Below are positions 60,631 to 64,000 of a stretch of DNA of 64,000 bases, in pieces. The position numbers and the translations under genes were made by a program. Below the pieces are notes generated by a model, which worked only from the letters and a program-made list of their open reading frames with translations, had not been told where the DNA came from and ran no database searches. The stretch comes from Squalus acanthias (lineage: Eukaryota): positions 127,102,001 to 127,166,000 of the forward strand of contig CM059431.1 of NCBI GenBank assembly GCA_030390025.1, read 5' to 3'. Positions within the stretch are counted from its first letter, which is position 1, and each line of letters begins with the position of its first letter.

Positions 60631-62904
60631 TCACCGTGTCGGGCAATGAGCACCGGGGCGAACTGCAGCCGGTGAGGCGAAGTCGTGGCGTTGCTGGTCG
60701 GCTGACCAGGGTGTCGTGGCGGTGGGCAGGAACTCGCCGGGTACGCGCAGCGGCTGACCGTACACGAGCTCTGCTGCCGATGCATGGAGGTCTTCTTTAA
60801 CCGCGGTGCGCAGGCCGAGGAGGACCCACGGAAGTCGGTCGGTCCAGGCGCTGTCCTGGAGGCTGGCTCGAAGAGATGCCTTCAAGGATCTGTGGAACCG
60901 CTCACACAATCCATTGGCTTGGGGGTGGTACGCTGTGGTGCGGTGAATGGTCACCCCGAGATTGCGAGCGACGGCGGTCCAGAGTTCAGAGGTAAATTGC
61001 GGACCTCTGTCCGACGTCATGTCGGAGGGGACGCCGAACCGTGCAACCCAGGTGCTGACGAAGGCTCTGGCGATGTTGGCGGTGGTGGTAGAGGTCAGTG
61101 GGATTGCCTCGGGCCAGCGTGTGGTGCGGTCAACGATGGTCAGCAAGTGCGTGTGGCCTTGCGACGGCGGCAGGGGCCTGACGATGTCCACGTGGATGTG
61201 GTCGAATCTCCGCGAGGGGACGGTAAACTCCTCGAGGGGTGCTTTCGTGTGTTGCTGTACCTTGGCCCGTTGGCAGGCTAGGCAGGAGTTGGCCCAAGTA
61301 CGCACATCCTTGCGAAGGCCGCGCCAGACGAAGCGGTTGGCTACCAATTTGATGGATGCGTGGGCGCCGGGGTGGGAGAGGTTGTGGAGAATGTCGAATA
61401 CCCGGCGGCGCCAGGACGCTGGGACGATGGGCCGAGGTTGACATAGGGATATGTCGCACTTGACCATGACTGCGGTCGGGCCACAGGCGACGTCGGCCAG
61501 GCGTAGCTCTGGTAGGTTGGTGGGTGCGGAGAGCAGATCAGGGTCGGTGATCTGGTCTGCTGCGAGTTGAGCGTAGTCGACTGCCAGGTGTGTGGCGTGG
61601 ATGGTGGGGCGGGAGAGGCAGTCGGCTACCACATTGTCTCGGCCGGAGACGTGTTGGATGTCCGTGGTGAACTCGGACACTGCCGCGAGCTGGCGCTGCT
61701 GCCTGGCGGACCAGGGGTCAGTTGTCTTTGCCATTGCAAATGTCAGGGGCTTGTGTTCGACAAACACAGTGAAGGGGTGGCCCTCAAGCAAAAACCGGAC
61801 CGCCAGGAACAGCGCGAGGAGCTCGCGGTCGAAGGTGCTGTACTTGACCTCCGGGGGGCGTAGTTGGCGGCTGAAGAAGGCAAGTGGTTGCCAGGCGCCG
61901 TCGACCCACTGCTCATACATGGCGCCGACCGCGTGGTCGGAGGCGTCCGTGGTGAGCGCTACCCTGGCATTGGGCCGTGGGTGCGCGAGCAGGGTGGCGT
62001 TGGCGAGCGCGGTCTTCGTGGAGTCAAAGGCGGCGGACGCGTCTGCCGTCCATTCGACCGCCATCTTGCCGCTCCTGCCCCGGAGGGCTTCATACAGGGG
62101 CCTCATGAGGGACGCCGCTTTTGGGATGAAGCGGTTATAGAAATTCACCATCCCGAGGAACTCCTGGAGGCCTTTGATGGTGGTGGGGCGGGGAAATTGT
62201 TGGATGGCCTGCACCTTGGTGGGCAGGGGAATGGCCCCAGCATGGGTGATGTGGTGGCCGAGGAAGTCGATCTTGTCCAGGCCGAAGTGGCATTTGGCTG
62301 GGCTGAGGATGAGCCCGTGGTCGCTGAGGCGCCCGAACAGGATTCGAAGGTGTTCGAGGTGTTCCTGCTTGGAGGAACTGGCTACCGGGATGTCGTCCAG
62401 GTAGACAAACAGGAACTTCAGGTCCCGAAGGACCGAGTCCATGAGCCGTTGGAATGCCTGGGCCGCGTTTTTGAGGCCGAAGGGCATCCGCAGGAACTCG
62501 AACAGTCCGAAGTGGGTGATTACGGCCGTCTTGGGGACGTCCGCGGGGTGGATGGGGACTTGGTGGTAGCTGCACACCAGGTCGACCTTGGAAAAGACTG
62601 AGCGGCCGGCCAGTCTAGCCGAGAAGTCCTGAATGTGCGGCACGGGGTACCGATCAGGGGTGGTGGCGTCGTTGAGGCGGCGGTAATCCCCGCAGGGGCG
62701 CCAATCTCCGCCTGGTTTGGGGGCGATGTGGAGTGGGGAGGCCCAGGGACTGTTGGAGCGGCAGATGATGCCGAGCTGTTCCATGATGGCAAACTCGGTC
62801 CGTACGATCTCCAGTTTGGTCGGGTCCAGCCTGCGGGCGTGGGAGTACACTGGGGGGCCTGTGGTGGGGATGAAGTGTTCCACCCCGTGTTTGGTGGCCT
62901 CCAC
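60631..62904 (-). CDS. Gypsy Pol: RT, RNase H, integrase (C-terminus continues frameshifted to about 60245)
   Basis: Motifs MPFGLKNA, YLDD, TTDASD, YSTFDRELLA, HNLSHPG...CLAC, SDRGPQF and ANGLCERFHR. Confidence 0.92.
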   Translation of the reverse strand: MEATKHGVEHFIPTTGPPVYSHARRLDPTKLEIVRTEFAIMEQLGIICRSNSPWASPLHIAPKPGGDWRPCGDYRRLNDATTPDRYPVPHIQDFSARLAGRSVFSKVDLVCSYHQVPIHPADVPKTAVITHFGLFEFLRMPFGLKNAAQAFQRLMDSVLRDLKFLFVYLDDIPVASSSKQEHLEHLRILFGRLSDHGLILSPAKCHFGLDKIDFLGHHITHAGAIPLPTKVQAIQQFPRPTTIKGLQEFLGMVNFYNRFIPKAASLMRPLYEALRGRSGKMAVEWTADASAAFDSTKTALANATLLAHPRPNARVALTTDASDHAVGAMYEQWVDGAWQPLAFFSRQLRPPEVKYSTFDRELLALFLAVRFLLEGHPFTVFVEHKPLTFAMAKTTDPWSARQQRQLAAVSEFTTDIQHVSGRDNVVADCLSRPTIHATHLAVDYAQLAADQITDPDLLSAPTNLPELRLADVACGPTAVMVKCDISLCQPRPIVPASWRRRVFDILHNLSHPGAHASIKLVANRFVWRGLRKDVRTWANSCLACQRAKVQQHTKAPLEEFTVPSRRFDHIHVDIVRPLPPSQGHTHLLTIVDRTTRWPEAIPLTSTTTANIARAFVSTWVARFGVPSDMTSDRGPQFTSELWTAVARNLGVTIHRTTAYHPQANGLCERFHRSLKASLRASLQDSAWTDRLPWVLLGLRTAVKEDLHASAAELVYGQPLRVPGEFLPTATTPWSADQQRHDFASPAAVRPGAHCPTR

Positions 62905-63147
62905 GGAGAAGGTCGGATTGGTAAGGGCCGGGAATTCGGCCAGGAGTGCCGAGTAGTCATCCGTGGCCCGGGCGTGTCACTGTGACGCCATGTTGCCAGG
63001 TTGACGGGGGGCCATGGCGCCCAGGATGGGGGACATGGTGTTCATGTCCACGAGGCGGTGATGAGGGATGTCTACCAGTAGGCCGTGGGCGCACAGGAAA
63101 TCTGCGCTGATGAGAGGGGAGAGCACCTTGGCAGTGATGAACTCCCA

Positions 63148-64000
63148 TCAGTAGCGGCAACAAGTGAGGTCGAGGGTGACTGTCTGGGTGCCGTACGTCC
63201 GGATTTCCGAGCCTTTAGCAGCAGCCAGCGCCGGTCCTCGTTCGCCCTTTTGGATGTCGAGGGAGGAGGCCGGGATGATGCTGTGCTGAGCCCCAGTGTC
63301 GCACAGGAACCGGCGGCCGGTTTTGTCATCCGTGACGAACAGCAGGGAGCCCGCGTGACCCACGGCCATCGCGGGGGCTGGTACGGGGTCGGACTTGAAA
63401 GAGCAGGGAGGTGTGCACCGTTGTGCCCTGGCGCCGAACCGTGCGTGGTAGTAACAGTGGTCCGGGTTAGTGGGGCGTGAAGGCCCCGTGGGCCTGGTGG
63501 CAGGCCCTTGTGGCCGCGTGGTGGCCAGTGAGGGGCGCGCCCAGGCATTGGCTGCCAGGTCCGGAGTGACGTTGCGGCTGGAGTGAGCGGACAGCAACTT
63601 GTCGGCCTCATCGGCCAGGGCTTCCAGGTTCGTGAGGCCGGACGCCACAATCGCTGGGCGGATGCTGAGAGGGAGCTGGCGGCTGAACAGCGTGCGGAAG
63701 AGGGATCCGGGTGGGCTCTCGTCGGTGAGGGACAGCATGTGGGAGAGGAGGTCTGACGGTGAGGCATCACCGAGGCCTGGAAGGTCGAGGAGGTGGCAGT
63801 TTCGCTGATATGCCGAGGCCGTAAATTTTTTAAGGAGCACTGTCTTGAGATGTGCGTACTTGCCTTCCTCTGGTGGGTTCTGCAGCATTGTCCAAACCTT
63901 CGAAACTGTGGCGCTAACGAGTGATGTGACGAGATAGTCGTACTTCGTCCCATCTGTGGTGATGCGTCGCAGCCGGAATCGAGATTCAGCTTGGAGAAAC
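63148..64000 (-). pseudogene. Gypsy gag and aspartic protease; a stop separates it from pol
   Basis: Peptides CYYHARFGARAQRCTPPC and RRFLCDTGAQHSII; in-frame TGA at 63148-63150. Confidence 0.85.

Larger units (their letters stand above)
60005..64000 (-). mobile_element. Gypsy/Ty3 LTR retrotransposon (3' LTR 60005-60243; continues beyond the window)
   Basis: LTR on the minus strand TGTGGCGG...CCTCAACA, preceded by the PPT-like TCTGGTGGGAGC; gag-protease region with FLCDTGAQHS. Confidence 0.93.

Noticed and set aside
60784..62985. Long plus-strand ORFs overlapping Gypsy pol
   Set aside because: They are antisense shadows of a GC-rich coding sequence.

Overview
Eukaryotic, almost wholly transposon-derived window. 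The repeat families (CR1, HE1/SacSINE-like SINEs, Penelope elements with hammerheads) suggest a cartilaginous fish; this is inference. No host protein-coding exon could be supported. Contents: many nested CR1 LINE fragments; one young 5'-truncated Penelope-like element (open RT+GIY-YIG frame, 192-bp inverted repeat, 14-bp TSD, hammerhead ribozyme) plus older copies; about a dozen PIF/Harbinger elements (one with a decayed transposase and a convergent, spliced Myb/SANT gene, several Myb-bearing derivatives lacking the transposase core, and several MITEs); a solo LTR and a related LTR-PBS(Arg)-gag fragment; a GC-rich Gypsy element; RTE and L2 fragments; tRNA-derived SINEs; and a 1.65-kb C-rich minisatellite. 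Most notable: (i) two different Harbinger elements inserted at the same homologous nucleotide of two independent CR1 copies; (ii) an ORF1-only Tx1/L1-like retrocopy inserted into the tRNA-derived head of a SINE; (iii) Harbinger derivatives that share a transposase deletion but keep the Myb gene. All calls come from reading the sequence by eye; no database searches were run.
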